From positions 1 to 62,380 of IMG/VR virus record IMGVR_UViG_3300037783_000004: DNA of 62,380 nt; one strand, 5' to 3'. The notes beneath the pieces are model-generated. The model worked only from the letters and a program-made list of their open reading frames with translations. It was not told where the DNA came from and made no database searches. The stretch is from a virus (lineage: Duplodnaviria > Caudoviricetes). Both the position numbers and the translations under genes were made by a program. This document shows positions 37,863 to 49,400 of the stretch, piece after piece (positions within the stretch are counted from its first letter, which is position 1; every line of letters begins with the position of its first letter).

Positions 37863-39921
37863 TTACACCAATCAGCGCGAAACAGCAGTGAGCAACGAGA
37901 ACCGTCGGCGTCAGCAGACGGCGTCGCAGTACAATGATCGCGTAAACTTCTTCAACCAGCAGCTCTCTGGCTTCGGTTCCAACATTGACACGCTCGGTGA
38001 CACGATCCGTGGCATGGACATCGCCTCGGACTGGTCAAACTACGATACCCTGCGGAGCCAGATCGATGACTACCAAGACCGCCTCAACGACTTCGTCGTC
38101 GGAGACTTCTCAAGCTGGACGCCGTGGACGCCTCCGGAGCCTGATCCATCGTCTACGCCTACGCCGAATTTCACAGTCCCAGACTTCTCCGGCTTCGACT
38201 TCTCCGGCCTCGGATCAGAGTTCGGCAGAGGCTTCGGAGCGCGAGGCGGCTCCCTCAACTTCGACTTCTCGCCAGCCACGCCCAGAATTTCTGCGGGTGC
38301 AACCCGAAACGGACTGAGCGCTCCGGTAAACGGCACGGGCAACAACCAAGCCAACCTTCAGTACGACGAATTTGGCTTCCCAATCGCGCCTAATTGGAGT
38401 AATACGGGTACAGCGTATGGCGAGAGCGTTTTCTATGACACCCCTACTCTACAAGGTCTGGACACAGCACGCGCGCAAAGCTGGCTGCAAGAACTCTCTG
38501 ACTTCGAGAACTCTCTCACAGGTCTTTACAGGGATCGTGAGAATGAGCTTCGTCGCGGTCGTGACTTCTACTCAGACTTCGTAAACCGCGCCAACATGGG
38601 CGACATCGAAGTTGAGTACGCTGGCCTTGACAGCGAGTTCGAGCGCTACCTCGCAGAGATCGCGCGTGCCCGCTCAGAGATCGACCAATTCAACAGCGTC
38701 CTTGGCTTCGACAGTGAACGCCAAGCTGCGCTAGACGAAATCGCTGCGTTCGAAGAACTCGTCCGCTCTCGCATGGGCGCTCGCGACACTGAGCGAGGTC
38801 GCATTGACGACTTCCGAACAGACGTTGCAGGTCAAGCCAACGCTCTCCGCAATAGGCTTCGAGGACTAGGTATCGAGAGCGTCGGTGACCCTGCGTCTAT
38901 CTACTCAGAAATTGACGCCCTCTATGACCAGCTCTCTGGCTTCGACAGCGAAATCAGCACCGACTTCGGTGATCTGCGTGCCGTCCTTGGCGATGCCGAA
39001 TACATGTTTAGCGACCTGCGCGCTCAACGCGCAGCCGAAGAAGCGCGCCTTAACCAACTGCGCTCGCAGTTCGGCGGACGCGCTGCAACATTCGACCGCC
39101 AAGCTGGCCGCTTTGACATCTATGATGGCTACGCCTTAGACGATCTTGAAGATCAGATCGCAATGTTCGAGCAGGAACTCGGCGGCGTCACATCACCTCT
39201 CGGCTTCGATACTTCCGCCTTCTTAGGCGACCTTACCAGCGCACGCTCGCAACTCGCTGACGTGCGTTCTCGTCGCGAGGCAGCGCTTGCCTCCGAACTT
39301 GGCGACGTCGATGCGCTGCTGGCAACTCTGCCAGACCTCGCTGAATATGACGAGGGTGGTCTGAATGCGCTTCGCTCACGCCTACAGCGCGAAGTCGAAG
39401 ACCTACAGCGTTACGGCGGCGGCACCACCGAGAACCTGATCGCCATCGACGATGCCATGCGTCAAGTCGATGAGCGCATGGAGCAACTCAATGCGTCTCG
39501 TCGCGGCATTGAAGGCGATGCTCTCGCACTCATGCAGCAAATCCGCAACGGCGAGTTCCGCAACATGGACGAAGTCACCGCCTTCGAAGACCCATTCGAG
39601 GAACTTCGCAACCGCGCTGAACTTTTCCGCGCAACAAGCGCTCAAGACGAACTCGACGTAATTAGTCAGCTCTTGGGTGACGGAAAATCTCTCGTCCAAG
39701 GTTTCGAAGACGATGTCGCCACCGCCGAAGGCGCGGCTGCCGCTCGTACACGCGCCCTTCTGGACGCCAATAACAATCTCCGCTTTCCAATCGTCGCGGG
39801 TCAACGACTTCAAACCGAAGAACAACTCCGGTCATTCCTCGCCGCTCTGGGCGTTGACGACGAGGAAGCGTTCGGTAGAACCAATGCCAGCGCGTTCTCT
39901 CGCGGTGTGATCGGAGGATAA
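37819..39921 (+). CDS. Internal virion/ejection protein (start MGKKD)
   Basis: MGKKDSPAPPP start, helical, position after GNAT. Confidence 0.7.
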   Translation: MGKKDSPAPPPLPPDYTNQRETAVSNENRRRQQTASQYNDRVNFFNQQLSGFGSNIDTLGDTIRGMDIASDWSNYDTLRSQIDDYQDRLNDFVVGDFSSWTPWTPPEPDPSSTPTPNFTVPDFSGFDFSGLGSEFGRGFGARGGSLNFDFSPATPRISAGATRNGLSAPVNGTGNNQANLQYDEFGFPIAPNWSNTGTAYGESVFYDTPTLQGLDTARAQSWLQELSDFENSLTGLYRDRENELRRGRDFYSDFVNRANMGDIEVEYAGLDSEFERYLAEIARARSEIDQFNSVLGFDSERQAALDEIAAFEELVRSRMGARDTERGRIDDFRTDVAGQANALRNRLRGLGIESVGDPASIYSEIDALYDQLSGFDSEISTDFGDLRAVLGDAEYMFSDLRAQRAAEEARLNQLRSQFGGRAATFDRQAGRFDIYDGYALDDLEDQIAMFEQELGGVTSPLGFDTSAFLGDLTSARSQLADVRSRREAALASELGDVDALLATLPDLAEYDEGGLNALRSRLQREVEDLQRYGGGTTENLIAIDDAMRQVDERMEQLNASRRGIEGDALALMQQIRNGEFRNMDEVTAFEDPFEELRNRAELFRATSAQDELDVISQLLGDGKSLVQGFEDDVATAEGAAAARTRALLDANNNLRFPIVAGQRLQTEEQLRSFLAALGVDDEEAFGRTNASAFSRGVIGG

Positions 39922-39922
39922 T

Positions 39923-41455
39923 ATGAGCTTCGCAACAGCGTTCCAAATCGGCACATCAGCCCTCGGTCTCCTTGGCTCACACAGCCAAGCGCGCCGCGAG
40001 GCTGAAATGGAGAACTACTACGCTCAGATCGCTCAGCGTGAGGCCGCTGCCAGCCGTCGTCAAGAGGGTGTGGATCGCCAGTTTGGCGAACTCATGCTGG
40101 GTTACAATCGCGAGCAAGATCAATATTATCGCGACATCTACGAAGACCAGAATGCTCTCGAAGCAGAACTCCAAGCTTACCTCCGCCAAGGAGATACCGA
40201 GAACGCACGCCGTCTCGAAGAGCAGATTGCACGCACCCGCTCTCGCCAAGCCACCGCTGACCGCGCAGCTCGCGAACAGCGCATGTGGGAACTTGAGCGC
40301 ATCGCATACGACGACAACCTCTCTGAGCAGGAGCGCAACTTCGCACTGAACCAACTGCGCGAAGAGGAACTCATTGCACGCCGTGAGCGAGACGATGAGA
40401 TCACCCGTATTGGCCGCGCGGACAACACTCGCGTCACCGAATACGCTGAGCGCGAAGCGCGCCTCAACGCTGACCGCGCACAACGCGCCGCAGAACGTGC
40501 GCGTGAGGTGGGCATCCAAGACCAAATCCTCACTGGCGCATCCCAGTTCCGAGACGATATGCGCCACTTGGTGGACAGCCTCGGCTCTCTGACGCCGCCG
40601 GACCTCTATGGCCCAGACGAAATCGACCGCCTCACCGACCGCAACATGGAAGCCCTTGAGGGCCGCATGGATCGGTACGTGACCAAGCTCATGTCCGAGA
40701 AAGAAGCGGACCTGATCCGCTCTGGCGTAGACGCATCCAGTTCTGCCGTCGGACAGCGCGGTGACCTCATGGCCCGCGTGACCCCAGAAGTCCAAGCCAT
40801 GATCAGCCAAGCTGTACGCGACGCAACGGGCGAAGTCGAAGGCAAGAACAAAACCCTGATGGACCGCTTCAACGCACTCAAAGCTGGCCAACAAGACCAG
40901 TTCGAGAAGGCCGCAGCCAGAGGGACTGCTGGCCTCGACATCATGGCACGCCTCAACCCAGCAACGTCTGCTGTCTACGACCGCGACATTGGTACAGCCG
41001 AGAACATCACCCGCGTCGGGTCATCTGAGCGCGGCAACGATGGCCGTGGCCTTCCATCTCAGGTCCGTGGAGTGCGCGCACCGAGCCTTGATATTGCTCA
41101 GTTTTTACAAGACCCCGCCTTTGCCGTGAACCGCACGGCATCACCGGGCTACAGTTCAGGCGCACCCCGCCAGAACAGCTACGACTTCTCCGGCTTCTTC
41201 AGCGGCGCACGCTCCGGCCAACAGAACCGCAGCCGAGACGCAGCCGTTACCGCTGACCGCTGGTATGACCGGGCCTCTCGCTCTGCTGGTAACTTCGGCT
41301 CTGCCCTCAACGAGTTCGGTGAAAACCTATTCGGTGACAACGGCTGGCTCAAAGACTTTGATCTCTTTGGAACCGAAACCGACATCGGTGGCGGCACCAT
41401 CAACTTCAACGACGACGACCCGATTGCCGGGTGGTTCTCAAGCCAGCGGAGATAA
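39923..41455 (+). CDS. Internal virion/ejection protein
   Basis: Gly/Ala N-terminus, long coiled coil. Confidence 0.7.
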   Translation: MSFATAFQIGTSALGLLGSHSQARREAEMENYYAQIAQREAAASRRQEGVDRQFGELMLGYNREQDQYYRDIYEDQNALEAELQAYLRQGDTENARRLEEQIARTRSRQATADRAAREQRMWELERIAYDDNLSEQERNFALNQLREEELIARRERDDEITRIGRADNTRVTEYAEREARLNADRAQRAAERAREVGIQDQILTGASQFRDDMRHLVDSLGSLTPPDLYGPDEIDRLTDRNMEALEGRMDRYVTKLMSEKEADLIRSGVDASSSAVGQRGDLMARVTPEVQAMISQAVRDATGEVEGKNKTLMDRFNALKAGQQDQFEKAAARGTAGLDIMARLNPATSAVYDRDIGTAENITRVGSSERGNDGRGLPSQVRGVRAPSLDIAQFLQDPAFAVNRTASPGYSSGAPRQNSYDFSGFFSGARSGQQNRSRDAAVTADRWYDRASRSAGNFGSALNEFGENLFGDNGWLKDFDLFGTETDIGGGTINFNDDDPIAGWFSSQRR

Positions 41456-41458
41456 CAC

Positions 41459-43378
41459 ATGCTATTCGCAAACTTCGGCGGCTCAATGTACGAGGGCGTA
41501 CGCCGCAACCGTGACAAAATCCAAGGTGAGCAGCGCGAAGTCGCTGACGCAATGCGCCAATTTGCGAAGGATAACCCCTACGCAACAGAAGAGGAGCTGC
41601 GGGAATATGCCAAGACACTGGCGGGCCGAGACCGCTACCTCCGCTCCCCCTCTACTCAGGGCATTGGTGCGATGGCTGAAACGAATAAGCGCAATCGCGA
41701 TAAGCGCGATCTCGATACGCGCATCGGTCGCGCCGAAGCGTGGAACCAGCTCCTCTCCATGCATCCGGATGCTTCCGCAGACGAACTCGCTCAGCTCTCA
41801 GATGAGTGGTTCCAAGGTCAGGATCACGGGTTTAATTCCCCGGAGAGCATTGCACGTCTGGTCGATAGGAGAGAACGGGCGGCGGCGCGCGAGCGTCTGC
41901 AAGAAGATTTAGCCGACAGCCAAGCGCGCGCCGCACTGGAAGCGCGCAATCGTCAATCCCTCTACCAAGCATGGACGGAAGGTCGAGACGTTCGCTCTGC
42001 CGCAGAGATGATTGCTCAATCCACAAAGGACGCATCCGGCGGCCTCATGGATCAGATGACTGACGACTGGCTGGCCACCGTGGACCCCGATAAGCTCGGT
42101 ATGCAGTTTGCCAACGAAGCCGTCGAAGACGCTATCCGCAACGGCAAGCTCGGTATGGTGCTGGACGAAATGTCCGCTCGTGAAGAGATGCCCACGATGG
42201 AAGAAATCGCTGCAAAGGGCGGCCTCCCTCCCGCGCTGCAAGACAGCCCATTCGTGAAGTATCTTATCGAAAGTCGATATAAGGCCAAGCGCCAAGAATA
42301 CCTCGAATACCAATACCGCCGCCGCTCTCAAGTGGCGAGCGAAGAAAGCCGCGTGGCCGCTGCGCTGCGCCAGCTCGGCGCGAACACCTACCTCACGTCC
42401 GACAGCATCGCGACCGATCCGGACGTTGTATACGCCCGCGACGTCCTTGGCTGGACAGACGACGCAATCAACAACCTTCTTCAGCAGGGCGGCTTGAACA
42501 CCAACCAAGCCATGATGACCCAGACGTTACAGGGTGCCATCACCGCCCAGTCTGAGCTGATCCAAGGCCAGTCCGACAACTTCCAAGAAGTTTACGGCCT
42601 CCTCGGTGACAGCCTGACTGCGCCACAGCAGCAGTTCATCTATGGCCTGCGCGGATACCATGTTCCTCGCGCAGCCTTTCCGATCATTGACGCCGTGCTG
42701 GCTGAGACCAAAGGCAAGAAGTTCGATCAAACCACGATCCGCCAGATGGTCGAGGACCGCATGGGCGCAGAATTCCAGACGGTCGCACAAGCTGCGTCTT
42801 CGGCTGCGAGTTCCCGCGTCTCCGCGCTTGGGCAAGACGGCGGCGTGCTTTACTCAGACCCATATGTCGAGCGCCTTGCTGGCACCGCAGACACACCCGG
42901 CGAGGTGCGCACGCGTGTCCGTGAGGTACGTCAAGACCTCGGCCAGCTTCTCCTCGCTGTACCCGAAACGTCGGCTGAAGCCACCCGCATCCAGATGGAC
43001 ATCCTTGGAAATGAGGCCACTGGCACACCGGGCGTCATTGCTATTATCGACGCTGAAATCCAGCAGCTCATCCAAGAAGAAGCTCGTGCTCACAACGAAG
43101 CGCTCTTCATGCAGCGTGTAGGCTCCGATAGCGTGGGCGAGCAGCAGCGCCGCATCCAAATCCTCGTGCCTGAACTTCAGCGTGCTCGTACAGAGCTGGA
43201 AAGCCTGAAGCAAAACCTGATCCAGAAGGCCAATGATATGGCCGGAGAAGAGCAGGCGATCATCAATGCCGAGGCCGAACAGCGTCAAGCCGCGAACGAG
43301 CAGGAGACCCGCCGACGCGTCGAGAACATCGAAAGCCAGTGGAAAGTTCCTGACTACGCAATCATCCCGCAACAATAG
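41459..43378 (+). CDS. Internal virion/ejection protein
   Basis: 639-aa helical protein. Confidence 0.7.
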   Translation: MLFANFGGSMYEGVRRNRDKIQGEQREVADAMRQFAKDNPYATEEELREYAKTLAGRDRYLRSPSTQGIGAMAETNKRNRDKRDLDTRIGRAEAWNQLLSMHPDASADELAQLSDEWFQGQDHGFNSPESIARLVDRRERAAARERLQEDLADSQARAALEARNRQSLYQAWTEGRDVRSAAEMIAQSTKDASGGLMDQMTDDWLATVDPDKLGMQFANEAVEDAIRNGKLGMVLDEMSAREEMPTMEEIAAKGGLPPALQDSPFVKYLIESRYKAKRQEYLEYQYRRRSQVASEESRVAAALRQLGANTYLTSDSIATDPDVVYARDVLGWTDDAINNLLQQGGLNTNQAMMTQTLQGAITAQSELIQGQSDNFQEVYGLLGDSLTAPQQQFIYGLRGYHVPRAAFPIIDAVLAETKGKKFDQTTIRQMVEDRMGAEFQTVAQAASSAASSRVSALGQDGGVLYSDPYVERLAGTADTPGEVRTRVREVRQDLGQLLLAVPETSAEATRIQMDILGNEATGTPGVIAIIDAEIQQLIQEEARAHNEALFMQRVGSDSVGEQQRRIQILVPELQRARTELESLKQNLIQKANDMAGEEQAIINAEAEQRQAANEQETRRRVENIESQWKVPDYAIIPQQ

Positions 43379-43443
43379 GGACGACAGTTTCCGAACCGCC
43401 AACGTAATGTCTGGCAAATAGTTCGGAAACTGGAGTACCGACC

Positions 43444-46400
43444 GTGAATGAGAATGATAAAGGTGCCGTCGCATCCGTTGATCCACTAGGCGCAACCGTA
43501 GACGGCGAAGCTTACCGCAACTACCAATCCCGCTTTCAAGGTCTTCAGGACTATACGCCACTCGTACCAGAGGGCGAGCGCTATGATCCGAGCGTATCCT
43601 CAACATCCACAGGCGTTGAAGCCTTCAACGACCCGATCTTCATCGCGGAACTCCGCGAGTATTTCGCGCGCAAAGGCGAATACTACGACGATCCAGAAAC
43701 CCTGATTGAGAAGTTCTACTCCGACCAGACATGGTCGAACTTCAACACCATCGCGATGGGCCGCAAGAACAACGAGGTGAACGCAAGTTCACAACGTCAG
43801 CTCGCTCTCATGCGCCGCATGAAGGAAGTCTACGACAGTACACCCATGTTCTGGCAGGAAGGTGGCCGTGGTATCGGTGGCCTCGGTCAGATCGTCTTGG
43901 CTGCCGCTGCTGACCCAATCAACCTCATCGGCTTTGGTGTCGGTGGTGCTGTAGCAAAGGGCTCAGTCGCCGCTGGCAAGGGCGCTATCACTGCTGCCGC
44001 CAAAGGTGCTGGTGCCGCTGCCGCAGGTGAAGCCGTGATCGGCGCTGGTATCGGCGGTGCGCACGACGTTGGCCTACAGATGATCGAGAACAAGATCATG
44101 GGCACCGAGGGCATCGACCCGCTCCGAGCCGCTCAAGGCGCAGCGTTCGGCGCTGCTGGTGGCGCTATCGGCGGCGGTATCTTCGGTGGTGCTGGTGCCT
44201 CATTCGCCTTACGCAACGCAACCAAGCGCACCAAGGCACGCCTCCCCGGCGTCGAGAAACTCGGATACACAGCCGAAGACATTGAGCTGATCGCCGCTAA
44301 CCCAGACACATTTGACGCCACCATCAAGGACATCGTCGAGAACCAGATCAAGCCAGACCAGTGGCGAGCAGCAAACGCACCCGCTGAGCCTGCTGCCCCT
44401 GTCCGCCCGCCTGAAGAAGCCGAACTCCAAGAAGTCGTTGCTGACCTTGGCAAAGCTATCGACGCTCGCGAGGTAGACATTGAGATTGCTCGCGCCGACG
44501 GAGACGCTCAGCTCGCCCGCCAACTTGAAGGCGAGATCACCAAACTCAAGAACACACGAGACGGCGTCCAGAAAGAGATCGACGACATCGTCGCCAGCCG
44601 AGCTGCCCCAGACGAAGAACCTGACCCCTCTCTCTCGGAGAGAGAGGGGTCAGAAGGGGCGGGCGAGACGAAACAAAAAGCCCCGGAACCCGAAGACCCT
44701 GAAGCCGCAGCCCAGCGAGCTGAGCTTGTCAGCCAGTACCGTGAGGCCCTGAACAAGGCCAGAGACAGCGGAACCAAAGAAGATTTCGACGAGGTAGACC
44801 GCCTCGAACAGGCTCTTATGGCCGCGCGAAAAGCTGCATCGAAACAAGGCGATGACGCTGCTGAGCAAGGCACGGCAGCAAAGGCTCAAGAAGGCGAAGG
44901 CGAAGAAGAGTGGGACTATTGGGAGCGTGATGCTGCTGGTGAGCCTGACTTCTTCGAAGCGTCTGGCCGTGTCGAGGCTCCTCCCGGCGTAGACCAGAAG
45001 CTCTGGTCTTCCATGCTGCCTGAAGACAGGATCGATGCAGCCCGTGCCGCATATGACGATCAGCAGTTCCAAGCTGCCCGCGCCGGAGCCCGCCTTTCTC
45101 AGGCTGAGACCGACGTTCTGTTTGGACGCCAAGTCGAAACGCCTGAGAGCCTGCGCCTTCCTGAAGAGGCCGCACCCGAAGCAGACGCTGACGTTGAAGT
45201 TGAACTCGACGCTTCACGTTTCTCTGCACCTATGGCTGCTCGTGCCCGCTCACTTGGCATCACAAATAGTGACATCAAGTCGGTCACTGGCGAAGCTGGC
45301 AACGAGAAGATTTCTGCCAAACAAATCCTCGACATCTGGCGCGCTAAGTCGGACCTACCTGAAGGCGTCACCATCAAGACGGCGTCTGCCGCTGAAGCCC
45401 TGCAAGGCTACCTCAACGATGGCCTGCTCGAACCTGCCGACCTGACCCCACGCACTGGCTCGTACAGCAAGAAGCAGATCGATACGATTGCCAACAAGAA
45501 GCTGGAACAACTCAGCGCTGACCAAGTCCGCAGCGACGGCGCTCGTCCGGAGTATTACTCCTCTGACACCCAAGCCCAGTCGTTCCGCAAGCTCCTCACT
45601 AAGTACGGCAAGGATGAGAACTGGCTCACTGGCCTGATTAAATCAGAAGAAGGCATCGCAGATGACGTAACGTCCACCCTTGGTAAGTCCAAGAAATACA
45701 AGGGACGCGTCACCAAGAAGACATACAACGCAGTCAAGGCTCGTCTTGAGGCCGAGGCCGGAGACACACCTAGCGCTCAGCGAGCCGAGGAAACTCGACA
45801 GGCCAAGCGGGACGCCGACCGTGGCACCGTAGCCAAGGTTGCGCGCGAGATCGCGACCGACGATCAGCTCGACGCTGCATTCATTGCAGTGGGCGGCAAG
45901 TTCGGTATGAACCGTACTGAGATCGCTGACATGGTGAACTCTGTCGATGAGTCGATTGCCGCTGCTGCGCGCAAGTTCCTGATCGACGCGACCGACGAAG
46001 CGACTGGCGTGGCTGCGTACAATCGCATCAAGGCTGACAACACCATCGACGACATGGCCGAGGGTCAGTACGACAGCGAGGGCGTCCGCATCATCATGGA
46101 CAACCGAGGCAAGAAGCCTCAACCACGCAAGCTGCGCCCCGGCGGCACTCTCGATCAGGTTCTCAGCGCCGCCAAGAAAGAAGACGGCACCTATCGCACC
46201 AACGTGGAAATCTCCGAAACCACTGGTCTGAGCCTTGGCACCGTCACTCAGTATCGCCACCTCCTGCGCGATAACGGCTTCGACGTTGGCAAGGGGCCGA
46301 CCGGCCAACAACTCACTGACACCGGAGCGAAGGTCGCTGAGCTACGCGCACAAGGACTGAGCCACGCCGAGATCGGTGATAAGCTGGGCATCACAGCCGC

Positions 46401-49400
46401 CAACTCAGCAGTCCACCTGCACAAGCACCTCAAGCGCCTCAAAGAACCAATCATCGAAGAGATGGCTGATAGCTGGACGCCTGCCGAGACGCGCCGCATT
46501 CGTATGCTACGCGACCAAGCAATCAAGCGCCGCCTCGAAGAAGCCGAGATCGAAAACGATGGCCCGCTTGGCTTCGACGAAGAGGACGCGCTTCGCCGTC
46601 AGATCACACAAGACGTCTACGCCCAAGTGAAAGCCGAGCGTGGTCAATTCGTACCCAAGCGGTCTGACACTGGCGTCGGGCCGCTAGCTCGTATCCAAGA
46701 TGGCACGGGCGGCGACAGTACACGTGGACGTGAGACGCTGGGCGGCAAAATCCCCAAGCGTGTTGCACGCGTGGCCAAGAAGAACCCCGACATCAAAGCT
46801 ATCGGCGTAGACCAAGCGAAGATCGTCGCGTCGAGAAACAATAAGCCGATCCGTTTCATCGCTGACGGCAATGATCGAGCGCAAGACGCTGGCCGCGTAC
46901 AGGCTGGTGAAATCCTGTGGTACAACCCGAACGAGGGTCCGGGCAAAGGCGTATGGTCTTCTGAAGATATGATGATGGCCAAGCAGAACGGACGCCCCGC
47001 GCCCGTCGAGCTGGACGATGTGCCCGTCGAAAGCACCACGCTTCAGACCGCCAAAGAAATCTCTGCTGACTACATCGCTGGCAAGATCGATGCTGCCGAG
47101 TTCGCCAAGCGCATGAAGTCGCTCGACCTCAACAAGGTCAAAGCCCAAGAGACTGGCGTTCCAAACGACCTCCCGCCTGTCACAGACGATGGCCGCGTCC
47201 TCGCGATCCGGTCCATCCCTGACAGCGAAAGCGGTGCCGTCTCAGTCCGCGTGCTCTCCCAGAAGCAGATCAATTCCAACCATGGCGTGGCCCAACTCCT
47301 CGGTAAGTCCGACATCTCCAAGTTTGAGATCGGTTACGTCGAGCGTGGCTCCGGCTCCAACTCAGCTCGCGCGCTCAACACCTTCGAAGTGTATGATCCG
47401 CAGTCGTTCCGGTCTTCGTCTTACATGACCGCGCGTGAAGCGTCTGACACATTCATTCCAAAGAACGCGGCCACCAAGTGGACGTCGTTCCGCTCACGCG
47501 TGGAAGACTTGCCGACCCTCGGCACTGGCGTCAACAAAGAGCAGTTCCTCAATGCCTTTGATGTTCTCGGCGTCAAGATCGCAGAGGGCACCGCCACCTA
47601 CCGACAGCTCAAGAGCTACGTCGATCAGCTTGAACACTCCCTGCACTGGGATCGAGACGAAGCCGTCGTGCTCTCCAAGAACCCTGAGCACAACGGTGAC
47701 GTCCAACGCATCAGCGACGTAGACACAGACGACATCGACAGCCCTAAGCTGGGCGAAGCCACACGACGAAAAGGCACCACGCCTGCGTACGACTTCACCG
47801 ACAGCATGAGCAAGCTGTACGCCTTGATCGATGACATGGTCCCAGCCAAGCTCATCCGTCCAGACGCGCCAACCCTCAAAGAGAGCCTCAACCAACTGGA
47901 CAGCATCGCTGGCAGCATGACGCCACGCGAAGTAACTCAGCTCAAGTCGCTCCTGACCCGCATCTCGCAAGGCCCGAACGCGGTCGAGTACAACACCGGC
48001 CCCGGCTTTGAGTACACTGGCGCAAGGCAAGGCGGATACAATCAGACCACGGGCAAGGTGGGCATCAACACTGAGATCAAAGGTGAGCGCTGGGAGCTGC
48101 CTAAGTCCATGATCGCTCTCCATGAGATTGGCCATTGGCTCTATGATCGTGGCTTGACCTATGCTCAGAAGTCTCAGTTCTGGGACCAGATGGGCAAGTA
48201 CATGAACGATGAAGGTCTGGTAGACGAAGCCGCTCTGGCACGCGCCAACCCAATCGACATCCTGCCAACTGTAGCTATGGGCGTAGGCGGTTCCAACTCA
48301 ATCAAGAAGCCAGCCGAACTCTTTGCCAACCAGTTCATGATGTGGGCAGCGCGCACGCAGATGGAGGGCGCAGATAAGCTCTTCACCCGCTACGCTGAGA
48401 CCACCTCGTTCTGGGCGAAGATCGCAGCTTACGCCAAGAAAATCGTGGATCGCTTCTTCTATGGCAAAGACGTTGCCGATGACGACCTCACCGATCTCTT
48501 CGCCGCGCTGGTTCCAGACCCACAAGACGCACGCATCTTGGGTCAGGCTCCAACCAAGCCGAAGACCAAGACGGGCCAAGTCATCTACGGTCGGATGTTC
48601 TCCATCCGAGATCGTCACGCTCAGCTCGACGAAGCGTTCCAAGCGCAATCACCGTCGGCCATCATTGATGCTGCCACCGATCTGGCCAACGAACTCTACG
48701 GTCTGGCTGGCAACAGCCGCTCCAAAGACACGCCCGCCTTCCAAGTTCTCAACGAGACGTTTGGTGCGGCCCGTGAAATCTACGGCAAAATCTACGAAAT
48801 CCTCGGCTACGACGAGACCACCAAGTCTATGCCTGTCCTCTCTGCTGGCCAGCAGGCTGCACGTGCGCGCAAGTTGGAGGAGGTTTTGCAAACCTCTGAA
48901 GACGGTGTCACCTTCATGCTCGACGGCAAGATCAAGTACATCCTCGACAAGGCCCGCAAGAAGTTCAACTCACTCGAAGGCGAGACCGAGCTTGCCATTG
49001 GCCGTCAGTTTGAGCTGAAGACCGCAAGCCGCCAAGGCAAAGGCTTCCGCAAAAAGCAGAAGATGATGACTGCTGCACGCAAGTCTGCGGAGGAGCGTCT
49101 ATCCAAATCACGTGACGACGGTATGCGCCTCGCTGGTATGCTCCGTAAGGCACGCCCTGACGGCAAGTCTCCTGATGCAGACAGCGTCGAGTTCCAAGAC
49201 ACAACGGACTACAAGTCTCTCAGCGACGAAGCGCTCAACGCTAAGATGCGTGACCTCGGCAAGAAGAAAGACTTGGTATCCCAAGAGAAGGCACGCCGCA
49301 TCGCTGCCGAACTCATCAGCCGGGACAACAGCAACCCAGTCCACGACCTGATCAAGACGGAAGTCCTGACCCCTGATGTGGGCTCCGCTATCGGTCGCGA